DNA of 63,320 nucleotides, filler included, from Trypethelium eluteriae (Eukaryota): NCBI GenBank assembly GCA_051942245.1. It is 2 parts of 2 records of this genome, joined end to end, with 100 filler letters (N's around TTAATTAATTAA, not from the genome) between each part and the next. Parts side by side here need not be neighbours in the genome. Positions count along the whole stretch, not along the records: positions 1 to 31,628 come from JAVECL010000270.1; 1 more part is not named here. One strand, 5' to 3'. Shown piece by piece: positions 11,315 to 22,938 of this stretch (position 1 is its first letter; each line of letters starts with the position of its first letter). The notes under the pieces were generated by a model. It saw only the letters and a program-made list of their open reading frames with translations, ran no database searches and was not told where the DNA came from. The position numbers and the translations under genes were made by a program.

Positions 11315-12190
11315 TTAATCGTTGGCTTTAAATGGAGCAGTGGCTGTGATGACGGAAAATTGTCCACCAGCGCCTGCCCAGTTGACATTCGCCTCCCGGA
11401 GTGCGGTATTATCAATCAGAGTTGCTAGCATGATGTCGTTCAGCTCGCCGTCATTGCCATCCTGACCTATCTGGAATGTGGCATTGAAGCCCCAAGAATA
11501 GGCTTTGCCAGTTGTGGTGATAGCAATGCTATGGTCGCATCCAGCTGCCGGCCCTACAGCCTTGATACCTAGTCATTAGAGATGAGTTGTTTGCAAGTTT
11601 AATAGCAGAAGTTACTAGGTAGAGGAGTTGGTACAAAGAGAATACGAGTGTTTCCAGGAATTTTTTGAGAACGTTCCGCTCTGGAAGATTGGAAAGGTTG
11701 ATGCCACATTGGCCCACGTCTACGAGGCCCCAGACCAAAACTCTCCAGCTGTTGTGACGCCAATCGAGTGATATACTCCACCTTCAACAATTTTCATTTT
11801 TATTATCATCAAGATCGTTTAGCCTTTGGAAACATGATAGTGTGACCGATGTACTCACCTGGCGTAACAGGATGACCAGCTTCTCCAAAATTGTTTAAAA
11901 CCCCGAGTCCAAAGTCCAGCTTACTAATCAATAGCAAATGATTGATATGCGCCACATCCTACCACCGTAACAAGTTTGTTCCGTTGTATTGATATCTTAG
12001 ATGGAAGAAGCGTTCAAGTTTTAGTGCATTCAATAGTACGTCGACCAAGCTGCTTGGCTGACACTATTGGCCATTGCCCCATGCAAAGATTTGACCTCGA
12101 TCATCGCAAGCAAGAACATGGTATGCACCACAAGCAATTTGGACTTATTTCAATGGTAGCGGACAGGGTCGATGTCCGGGGTACTGTTTC
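11315..12190 (-). pseudogene. Decayed RCC1 (Pim1/Prp20-like) repeat gene, C-terminal half
   Basis: Minus-strand translation gives successive RCC1 repeats: QIACGAYHVLACDDRGQIFAWGNG, QLGRRTIE, VGCGAYQSFAID**, LNNFGEAG, GGVYHSIGVTTAGE-LVWG..DVGQCG, and an intact last exon DHSIAITTTGKAYSWGFNATFQIGQ...ATLIDNTALREANVNWAGAGGQFSVIT. Several stops and frameshifts; no 5' half seen. Confidence 0.85.
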
Positions 12191-12479
12191 AACGGAGAGG
12201 GACAGCAAGACAGAGCTGAATCGATGTGTTTTCTCCATTCCACGATGCCTTGGTGTCCATCGCGCGCCCAGTCTAGACGGACGTAAGCCAATCACGCGGA
12301 CGATAGAAAAAAAACCAGGTTGCAGCTCACCTAGAATCCGTTCAAAGCTTGGTTAGCTAGTGCTAAATCTGATCTACTATGCTAAAACTCAGGTTAGCTC
12401 TGTTTAGTTTCTATGTGTTCTGAATATGTATCTCTTTTCTCTCTGTAGATTTTGATCATGGAATTTCCTTACTTCAGTC

Positions 12480-13160
12480 TGCATTTGCCCTGTTTCAGGC
12501 GGAAGAGTAGCTGCGTCACACTCATTCAAACCACTGCTAGATGCAAGGTCTTTCTTCCGAGTGCATTTGGCCACTGAGTCTGAGCACCACTCTCTTAAAC
12601 AATCATTGCGGCATCAAAGTGATGTATGTCCAAAGCCATGTGCAACGGTGTATTTCGGTCCGTCCAGAATCTGAACCTAGGTGTAGTGAACATACCTGTG
12701 CGGCGTCCTGCTTGATGAAGTCAAAGTCCCTTCCAGCGACCGCTGGGACCAGCCCGCGTTGAGTACTTCTGCCACAGGATCTCGATCGGCCAAGCGACCG
12801 AATAGAAGGTCTCGATCATCCATGCGACACGCTGTTTCGTTTCGGAAGCTATTTGCGGCGTGTGACCTAGTGGAGCAGGTAACCAAGACCAACAGCAATG
12901 CTTGAGTTGAAATGACGTGCAATCTCTGAAGCTAGCATCAATCGTCGATCTTCAACAAGTCAAAATGTGAGCAGAAGAGAAACGGGTTCCAATTTGCGAC
13001 ATTGAGGCCGGGGACTGAAATATCGATAGCCACGTAAGGCTTTCCTCCGACATTGGTTTTCTGTACCACCCATATAGCCACCACTTACGCAAGTCTTCGT
13101 ATCTGGGTAAACAATCAGCCTTGAATACAACAGCTGGTCTTTCCGAGAAATGCACTGTCA
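12480..13160 (-). pseudogene. Ankyrin-repeat gene remnant
   Basis: 12500-12666 translates as DRNTPLHMALDIHHFDAAMIV*ESGAQTQWPNALGRKTLHLAVV*MSVTQLL: two consecutive ANK repeats with in-frame stops. Upstream extent is uncertain. Confidence 0.6.
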
Positions 13161-14002
13161 AACAGTGGAGTATTTGATGCAGTAAATCACAGAATATTCA
13201 TCATTGCCAATCATCATGAAATAGCCTTTAGCCATTGCCTAAACACCTCTGCAGCCGTGTCTTCTACAATACGTTGAAAGTCGTTGCAATGGCGTGGATA
13301 GATTGATATACGATGCACGCAGCATGACAAGCCAAAGGGATGTATGGCAGCTGGGAGTCACTTTTGCAGCAGAAGGGCAAGGTCTGTCAGCATCGTACTC
13401 TGAAGTAATCTTGAACCTCGGCGCTTAGAACTTCCACTTAACCGAAACACCGTCTCTGAAGCGCACCGTCCTCGGTCAACTTGCCCAAACTACCCGTTCC
13501 CACGATTTTGCGGAGAAGTGGGACCAAGCAACCACCGCAACCTTGAAGCACCGCAGTAAGGTACCTCTAGTAAGGTAAGGTAGGTAGGGTTAGCTCAGTC
13601 ACGGGGTCTGGAGTACGAGTTGTGGTAATCCGGGGAATCGGTGCTTAGACACGGCAAAGAAATGGACCGAAAAAGCAGCGAGGGAACCTAGCTTTCCGTC
13701 CCTCACAACAAGACCAATGAACCCCGTCGGCCAAGCTGCTGGATCGAGATGCACGCGATTTTCACAACACTCAAGAGCTTGGTATGCGACGGCATTGCCG
13801 ATCTCCTCAATACTCCATGATCACTCGTCATCGCTGTCGCTCCTTGTGCTTGGGTTGGAGGCTGCGATTATATATCCTCTTGTCCGCTCCACCTACAATT
13901 CTTCTGTAGAACGTTTCAAAGAGGGGTCATTTTTCTTTTTCGTTTAGTCCCATTTTCTCCAGGCAAAGAATAGAAATCTCCTAGACCGCCAGTTCTCACG
14001 TC

Positions 14003-15750
14003 ATGAAGTTTAATCTGTTTGGTAGAGGGTTTCCTCTACAACTTGCGATCACGGTATGCTGCGAAATGGCCTTCATCCTCTTTGGCTACGACCAAGGTGT
14101 CTTCAGCGGCATCGTCGGAAATAAAGATTTCCTCAACACGGTCAACCACCCATCACCTGGCAAACTCGGTATCATTGTCAGTATATACAATCTCGGCTGC
14201 CTGACAGGCTGCATTGTCAATTTCATAGTCGGAGAGACTCTCGGTCGTCGCAGAGCAATGTGGTTCGCAATGGTTTGGGTCATTGTCGGAGCTGCTCTAC
14301 AGTCAAGCGCATACGGTCAAGCGCAGATCTTCGTTGGTCGATTTGTTACGGGAATTGGGACCGGAATCGATACGAGTACGGTGCCTATGTATCAAGCGGA
14401 ATTAAGCAAAGCCCACCAAAGAGGGAGATTGGTATGTTCGGAAGCATTGTTTGTGGGCGTCGGTATTGTTACAGCGTATTGGTTCGATTATGGGTAACTC
14501 CCCCCGCCGGTTCCAGTCGTAAAGCTGTCAGGTTGACCGCTTTGCAAGGATGAACTTCACTGCAGGAGATATCGCGTGGAGATTACCGATCGCTTGTCAA
14601 GTCATCTTTGCCTTCGTGGTCATCTTCCTGGTTTTTGGCTTGCCCGAATCCCCTCGACATCTTTATAATACCGGCCGTAGCGAAGAGGGCATTCAAGTTC
14701 TTTGCGACGTCAGACCCCTTATATCCAGTCGCGAGGTAGGCCGAGCTAATAGTAGGTGTAGGTTTACGACAAGCATCCTGATAATCCTCAAATCCTCAAG
14801 GAACAGGATGATATCCTGAAGGCGATCAAATTAGAAGGGAGCGTCGGTACCTCCGGTTGGACGAGATTATTTAGGAAAGACGACATCCAAACAAGGAAGC
14901 GGATCGCTCTCGCATATGGAATGCAGTTCATGAACCAAATGGGAGGAATAAACCTTGTCGTCTACTTCATTCCCACTGTACTCCAAGATAATGTCGGCTT
15001 GACTCGTAACTTATCCCTGCTCCTCGGTGGTGTCATCAACGTTATGTTCATTATTGGATCCTTCGTTCCGGCTTTCTTGGTCGATAGAATCGGCCGCCGA
15101 CAACCCATGATGTGGGGTTCGTTTGGTCTTGGGATCTCCATGATGTTAATCTCGATCTTGCTCAGTTTCCAAGGTACCTCCGTCCAGAAGCCCACCTCCA
15201 GCGCCAGCGTTGCATTTTTCTTTACCTACATGCTCATCTTCGGAGCCTCGGTCAATTGCATACCATGGTGTTATGTTCCGGAGATCTTGCCGTATGTATT
15301 CGTATTTGTGACATTCCTCTCCATCGTCTGAGTAATCCGCTAACTGCTGGAAAAAGTCTCCATGCTCGAGCGAAGGGCACCGCTATTGGCATCTCTAGCA
15401 ATTGGACCTGGAACTTTTTCGTTGTTATGATCACGCCGACACTTATTGCGAACTTGAGATGGAAGGGCTATCTCATCTTCATGTGCCTCAACTTTGCATT
15501 TATACCTCTAGTCTACTTCTGTTACCCCGAGACGGCAAACTTGACACTCGAGGAAATCGACCATCTCTACACGGAGCCAGGACGACAGGCGAGGTATATC
15601 GCCCGTGATATCCGAAAGGAGAGGAAGATGGGATTGAGGCCTACGCCCCAACAGCTTGAGGCTTCCAGACAGCCCGAGCTCGCAGAGGAGAAGGGTAGTA
15701 GTGGTAGCATGGAGCACGTAGAAGGGTCAGGTGCGGAGCTCAAAGAGTGA
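14003..15750 (+). CDS. MFS sugar porter (Stl1-like sugar/polyol transporter)
   Basis: Motifs LFGYDQG, GETLGRRR, VPMYQAE, WRLPIACQ, LPESPR, QMGGINLVVY, DRIGRR, YVPEILP, YPET. Three introns at about 14494-14548, 14709-14761 and 15292-15357. Confidence 0.95.
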
Positions 15751-15835
15751 TTTGACTTTCGTAACCTCTCATCGCTTTTATCATTAGAAAGACCTATAGT
15801 TCGTTTTCAGCGGAAGCTACAAAGGAAGAAATCCT

Positions 15836-16632
15836 CTATTCGTCAGAGTAGTAACCTCGACTCCGCTGTCTCCGCCAATAAATGAGGAGGCCAAAGCTTG
15901 TGACTGCCGTTACACAAGCGACTATGATTCCAATGATTGCACCAAGAGACAGAGAGCCACCTGAGGCATTACTTGGAGCTGGTGGACTGGGTGCTGTAGG
16001 AATACTTGTTGGTAGAGACGTCGCCACTACTGAGGAAGGAGTGGCACTGGCACTGGCTGTAGAAGCAGCAGCCGACGTAGAAAGAGTAGACGAGAGTGGC
16101 AGTGTTGAACGTCCTGAAGAAGGAGCCGTAGTGGCACTAGCTGAGGAAAGTGCAAGAGACGTGGAAAGAGTAGGTGAGAATGGCAGTAGCGAGGATGCAA
16201 TAGCAGATAAAGGTAGATATTGCGTCACTTGCCCACATATTGTGTTATTAACCTTCTCAATGATAAGCTTCGCACAGGATGTGAACGGCATTTTAGAAGA
16301 CCTACATTGTTACCAATGGAGCACAACAAGTTAAGTAGGAGCTGATTGTTCAGGTTCAGAGCTTGTAGCTGGTGAGGATCAAGCGCCGCTTGCAGAGACT
16401 GGCTTGATATGATATTTCCAGTCTCGGCAGCATTGTACGACTTGATAGCCCAGGCTCCAAAGATGAAAGTGCCAATCAGTCCGAGAACGCCAAGCGCAAG
16501 CGTCGCCCAGTCTGAGACAGAAATGGCGGAAGAATGATTATATGGGTATTTTCGAGGCTTGGGAGTATCTGATGAAGACCCTTCAGCGGATGGCGTCGCT
16601 TCGCTGGCTGACTTGGGCTCCGATTCCATCAT
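15836..16632 (-). CDS. Small two-TM membrane protein with Ser/Thr/Pro-rich loop (hypothetical)
   Basis: Exon 1 carries TM ATLALGVLGLIGTFIFGAWAI; a GTAGGT..GAGAAG intron joins it to an S/T-rich stretch and TM LGAIIGIIVACVTAVTSFGLLIYW followed by RRQR. Confidence 0.7.
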
Positions 16633-18100
16633 GGTGAGTAACTGTGCTTCCCACAGAGCGGAGGAGAAGTAGACTGAGGAGTTTCAAAGGTGACTATGCG
16701 GGATTTATTGATCATCAGCCATTTTATGGCATAACTCGAATTTCGCAAAACGAATACATAGCCATGCAAAAGGAATTCTGGGGGATAGGTCTACGAATCG
16801 GTGACGATTCAGCTGAGGGCTCGCTAAAGATAGATCACTGTAGGAGAAATTTGATTGGCCAATTCTAGCCTCAGAATCGAAAATTCATGCAGCCCTGTTC
16901 CAGACGAGATCGACACAAGCCAAATCGCACCTGAGTTCCTCAGCTTAAACCTTGATGGATGCCTGACAGATTTCCGTCCAGCCTGCATAAACACAGTAAG
17001 GTAGATCTCCTGCACCACCGGAGGTCTAGCCTCTGACCCATGACCCGTCTTCGGAGAGGTGACGTCAAAGCAATTCCCACTGTATGCGACCTTCAGGCGA
17101 GGACTTCTGTGACAACAAATTTAATCAATTATTACATATAGTAGCTCAGATTCTGTGGAGAATCTGCTATCCAAGTCAGCAAGGTTCGAAACAGTCACTA
17201 GGCATTGATCATGACCATGATACTCTGTCGTCTTCTCCTCTAGATGCAGTTTGCACAGTTGACACCACCCTGTTAGTTGGGCGCCTGCGTTCTGAAGATT
17301 TGGCAATCCTGTTGCCTGAGGCCATTTTCACCATTTCGCAAAGATTTTGCGCTCGTCAGCAAAGGTTTGCTCGGATCTGAGGACACTACGAGGATGTGCC
17401 CCTCTCTACAATGATGCAAGTTCCAAGGTCCGTCGTATCCAGGGCGCACTGGTTGCCCGAGGGACTGTCGTACGAAACATGTACCTGTCTATTCGGTTGG
17501 CAGTAGCATCTGAGTATCCACAGACGAGGTAAGTGAAGATACTTAGTCATACATCGTCTCAGGCCTGGCGTGAGTGTTCGAAGACAGATGCAGAAAACTG
17601 ACTACAGCTTGGAAGGGATTAGCGAGGCGAGCCTTCCAGAACGGATCGGTCAAGAATATCTGTAGCTTTGCCTGTGCACAAATTTGGAGGAAGGGACTCG
17701 TCTTGGCCAAAGTCCAGTTGGGTCGATCAAAAGTCAAGGCGCGATGTTTTAAAATACTCAGTCATACGGTAGATTGGCTGGGAGCGACGGCCCGTTTCAA
17801 GCACATGAACCGATGCCCTGGTCCCCTGTCCATCAAGCCCACCCGCACATCCGTTTGGTTTAATGCCTGGATCTGCCGCTATGGAGTTCCATTGAGAGAT
17901 CTTTGAAACATCGATTTATGATCAAATTTCCGTTGCCCATGCATCACCTTAGTGTAGGTCTCCACCACGGTAGTAGAAAAACACAATCGTAGGTATCTGC
18001 TTTCTATCAGCTTCATCCTTCACTTTGTCATTCTATTCAGGATCCTGCTTAAAAAGTCCATTCTTTGAATTCAATTCTTACATTCTCTTCGTTTGTCGAA

Positions 18101-19530
18101 ATGTCTTCCTGGAAGAAGCTTGCTACTCTCGGCCTGGCCGCTGCCGTCTCCGCCCTCCCCTCGAAGCGCTCTACGAATTTCTGTGGCAAGTCAGACTCTC
18201 AAGTCATCTCGGGCACACCATGGATTGTCTTCAACATGCTCTACAACCAGGATCTGATGTCGAGCTCCGACTCATGGTGTACCGTTTATGACTCCACCAC
18301 CACTTCCTCTGCCGGTGTCCAAGAAATTAAGTGGGGGAGCACCTCCAGCATTTCTCCGGCAAGCGATACGGTGAAGGGATACTCTTTCATCGGTCTTACC
18401 CAAAACTTGGAGAACACGCTCTCGGACATCAAGAGTATCCCAGCCAATTACCAATGGACGAGGTCTAACACTACCGAATTCAAGGGAAATATCGTCTTTG
18501 ACTTCATGACGAATGATGCCAAGGGAGACTCCACAAGCACCGATAGTCATGAGCTCATGCTTTGGCTGCAGTATGAGGGAGGTCAGACACCAATTGGTTG
18601 GAGCAGCACACCAGCTTACACTGTCGACTCCTTGTTTGGAACTTCTTGGAAATTGTATGAAGGCAAGAACGAGGATACCGGTATCACCGTCAGTAGCCTG
18701 TTGCCAGACACACAGTTTGACGGATCGTTCTCTGGCGACTTGATGGACTGGTTCCAAGTCTTTGTTACGAGAGGAACTTTCAAGAGCTCTACATATCTCA
18801 ACGTTGGCAATGCTGGGTGAGTATCAGTACCTGCTCTAGTAGTGGGAAAAGCTGACTGACTTTATTCAGCACTGAGATCTTTTATGGCGACTCTACAATG
18901 TCATCCACCTTAGCCCTGCAGATTGACCTCCCTGGCTCCTCAAGCGCGGAAGACACAGCTGCTGAGGCCGCAATTTCAGGATCTTCCGTCGCCTCTTCTC
19001 AAGTCGTATCTTCGACAGCAGCCGCGGCCTCCACCGCGACGTCACCCGCCCCCATTCTCTCTTCCACATCTGGGAGCGCCCAAGCTACCAGTTCCTCAAG
19101 CGCTCTAACTACGAGCCCTGCCGTGACCTCCAGCTCGGTCACCACCAGCCAAGCCGTCGCCTCAACTTCAACAACCGCACCGGCCGCTGAATCGGCCGGA
19201 GACGACGGATCTGAATACTGCGGCTCCGACGAGGAAGTTCCCTCTACAGCCATGCCCTCTGGCTCCGTCGCCCCGACCACGACCGCCGTGCCCGCCGCTG
19301 AGTCGACCGGGGACGACGCAACTGATGACTGCGGCTCAGATGAGGAGTCCTCTGCTGCTGTACCTACTTCGTCCGTTGCCGCTGTGTCCGCGGTCGCTGG
19401 TGTCTTCCCTACGGGTGCATTTCAGCCATCTGGTGCTGCTCTGCCGTCTGGGGTTGCGTTGCCGACAGGGTTTCCTTATGGGTACCGCCCGCACTGGAAG
19501 CCGAACCATCACCACGGGCATGGCAATTAA
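18101..19530 (+). CDS. Secreted GH12 endoglucanase/xyloglucanase with long Ser/Thr-rich acidic C-terminal tail
   Basis: Signal peptide MSSWKKLATLGLAAAVSA; VKGYS, LSDIKSIP, HELMLWL (nucleophile Glu) and AG|TEIF (acid/base Glu) across an intron at about 18817-18869. Confidence 0.9.
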
Positions 19531-19945
19531 GGGTCGGGTTTGGGCTAGAGCGTCAGCGGTTCTTGGTAGGTATCTGGGGAGAAGGATGTCCGATGGTCGA
19601 AAAGGAGATCGATAAGGGATCTCCACTGATTCTTCTGTAAAATATTTATTTAACAATTGATCGAAAATGTATGAGGGTTTTGAACAGCAAATGCCTCCTG
19701 GCCACTAGTATTCTCATCCTAAGTGTATGGAGTGGGTTTGAAAGATCTACACGGTTGTGGTTGTCGCGAGGGACTATTTATATGACCATCACAGCTGGCC
19801 AGCCATTAAACTAGATTTTGTCACAAATGAAAGTGGGACGTGCAGATGTACTTGAGTTTTAGGCATCGTGGTCAAACACTCTAATTCACGACGGCGTTCC
19901 TCATCAGAATCTAAATGCAACTATCTGGCCACCCTCAATGGGCAT

Positions 19946-21601
19946 CTACGTCTTTTCGATTTCATCCGAATCATTCCTTTGCGGCGACTCGTTTCCGTAC
20001 TTGACCCGATCAACTGCCTCGTGACCCGCAGCCTCCTCCATATCATTGTCGTATGCAACTTCCATGCGGCGTCCGCGATATTCTGGACCAATGAGAGTCA
20101 AGATGATCACGTATGCGTAGACGCATCCTATCAGAAGGTTAGCATAATTGATTTTCATGGTTTATAGCAGCCCCACTCACCCATGAAAATGCAAATGACC
20201 TTGCCGTACTGATACCTCTTGGTAGTCCCTTTCGGTGGTAATGGGAATCTCTCCCCAACAGTAGCCTCGATGGTGCTGCTTGCACTGCTCACAAGATTTC
20301 CCAACTGGTAGCTCGTTCCCACGACAAATGTCCTAAAACTACCGGGACTCAACTCCATCAAGTGGATTGGAATCACACCCCACGCGCCTTGAACAGCAAA
20401 TTGCTCGAAGAAGGCAGGAGCCATGATTTTGTCGTCCGTGATGAAGCAATACGGATACAGTAACGCACCACCAACGACGGAGATGACGATAATGGAGAAG
20501 CGGCGTCCAAAGATTTGAGAACAATACCCGATGACCGTGCCACCGGTCATGGCGCCAAGGTTCGCAACAACCTGGGTAACGGTGACAGCATTGGCGGAGA
20601 AGTTGTACTGATTCTGAAGCATCGTTGGGTAAAGATCCTGGGAGCCGTGAGACATGAAGTTGAAGCCCGCCATAAGGAGGACCATGTAGATGAGCAGGAG
20701 CCAGTGCTTGCGGATGGCAACTTTCCCTTCATTCAGGAACGTTTTCCCAAGGTTACCCGACCCCTCACGCACAGCTTGGCGCTCGCGATAAGCCTTAGTT
20801 TCGGGAAGGCAGAGTCGGAAAATGATGATGAGGACGGGAGGGCAGGCGCCAAACCAGTAGAGGGGACGCCATCCGTGGGAGGTGGTATTGACGAGACCTC
20901 GCTATTCATCCCGTGTTAGCGAGTCTCGCTCTCGTGGACATGAGCGAGGGAACGGAGGGTCTTCGACTTACAGCAAAGGCCGTGGCCAGCAAATACCCAA
21001 ACGCATATCCCTGCTGCAACATCCCACTCACAATCCCCCTCGCCGCCTCCGGACAATCCTCCAACGCCGTCGCCGCCGCATTCCCATACAACCCGCCCAT
21101 CGCAATGCCAAACAGCGCCCTCACCCCGAGAAAGCTGTTGTAATTACTACAGAACCCCGTCGCAAGCTCCAACACAATGAACAGCACATTATTGACGATA
21201 AACGGCCACTTCCTCCCCCACCGATCCGCCGCCAGGCCGAAGATGATGGAGCCGACGGAGCGCAGCATTAGCACCAGCGTGATGCCCCACGTGATGTCGG
21301 CGTTGGACCTGCCGAAGGTCTTGGCGAGGTCGGAGACGGTGAGGGAGACGGTGAAGAAGTCGAAGGCGTCCCAGGTCCAGCCGATGAACCCCACGAAGAA
21401 GAATAGCCACTGCTGCGTGTTCAGCATCTTGAGCAGCCGCAGCGGGTTCGGCGCCCGCGCCATCGGCGGCTTGAGCGTGGGGATGCGCGTCGCGATGTAC
21501 CGCCCGACCGACATATTGGTGGGTGTCGCGGGGTCGCGGGTCGTGTCGTTCGTGCCCTGGATCTCGGGGATGTATTGCGGCGTTTCTTTCGTGTCGGCCA
21601 T
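19946..21601 (-). CDS. JEN1: Jen1-family carboxylate/H+ symporter (MFS)
   Basis: WTWDAFDFF, ADRWGRKWP, LEDCP..ARG, and the signature NFMSHGSQDLYPT (NxxS/THxS/TQDxxxT). Two introns near 20900-20970 and 20128-20180. Confidence 0.95.
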
Positions 21602-22938
21602 GGTTTGCGGATGACGAGACGGGACGGTGGGGAGAGGGAGAGAGAAGAGGACGAAGGAGGACCTTCTGTGAGGACTAGGCTGAGCCTTTCTACTCACGCC
21701 TGAACTGCAGCTGGTGAGGCTGGCTGTGATGAAGTCTCCACCGCGAAAACCTCAACTGGTCGCGTGGATGCAGTGAGGCGTTTCAATGTTCTGCCTGCCG
21801 CACGGAGACGCTGCTGTTCTGGGAGCTCGAGTTTACGAGGGGTGTAGGAGTGAGCAGCTGCACACCCCGGTCGAGTGCCATTTTAAGAGAAAGGCATGAA
21901 GGCGATTACTTTGTACCCACGGTGATACGGCAGTCGCGAGTGCCCCCGCCGAGGCTCCGTCGCTACTTTCCCCACATGGCTCCCACGGCTGGCCCGTTCC
22001 ATCCGGGGGATTCGTCTGGTCCCTCCAATCACCGCTGTCAATTCCCGAAGCTATCTCTTGGTCTACCTGACTTGGCAAAGACTCCAGCCTTTTCTGAGCT
22101 GTGCTTGGCTGTTTGGATCAGGTCATGCATCGCTTCGACGCTATTGCCCGTCTCTTGGCACTTTCTCGACCGTTTTCTTGCAGCGGAGAGGACTCCACTG
22201 CCGATGCCTTCCGCAGACCATTGCCGTTATCAAGCCATGTCGGAGTTGACATTCAGCAGCGCAAGGTACAAAAAACGACGGGACCGCATAGAGCAGCATT
22301 GCAGCCCTCACAACTAGCTCTTGCCTTAATAGATGGGTGGCCAGCGTTTTCCGATTCGAGATTCGACCGCATTGACGAAGTAGGCATTTTTGTGAATTGA
22401 CTGCTTGAATTGCGTGGCAACGAAAATCGGGAAGGGGGCAAAGATCAAGTCATTTTGCACTACAGGTGTAGAGCGCATTGTTGTGTCTACAACATGCTAC
22501 GAGCTATTTATATAGTTGGCTTCAATTGGAGTCGACGTTTCCAACAATCGTCTTTAAGTCACGGGAAGGGCGCTGGTTACTAAGGTAGGATGTGCCTCAA
22601 CGGGTTAGGTCTGCGTCTGCCTCCCACTCCAGTAGGGCCAGACGGAGCGGTAGTCATTATCTTTGGAAATCAGGAGTCGAGTGCCATGCATACTTCACCG
22701 TACAAATCGTGGCCATTCAGCCATTCCGATCGAGTAAGGCACCATTTGCTGGAGTAGAGAACACTTTTCGATTTCAGCCGCCCGTCGTTATGCCATTGCT
22801 AGTGCTCCACAAACGCCCAATACGCCGTCATATATACATGCATAATGCCCTACTCTGCGGTTCTCTATTGAAACAGTGCCGCTTACCGCTAACATATTCC
22901 TCCAGTAGTGACTTCCAGCTATTTCCAATCGCGCAAGC

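Noticed and set aside
13556..13592. GTAAG/GTAG repeats ending in TAGGGTTAG, resembling a telomeric seed
   Set aside because: Only about one TTAGGG-like unit; a simple low-complexity promoter tract.
16644..17906. Short ORFs with faint ankyrin-like wording
   Set aside because: Too degenerate; no convincing consensus repeat or splice structure.
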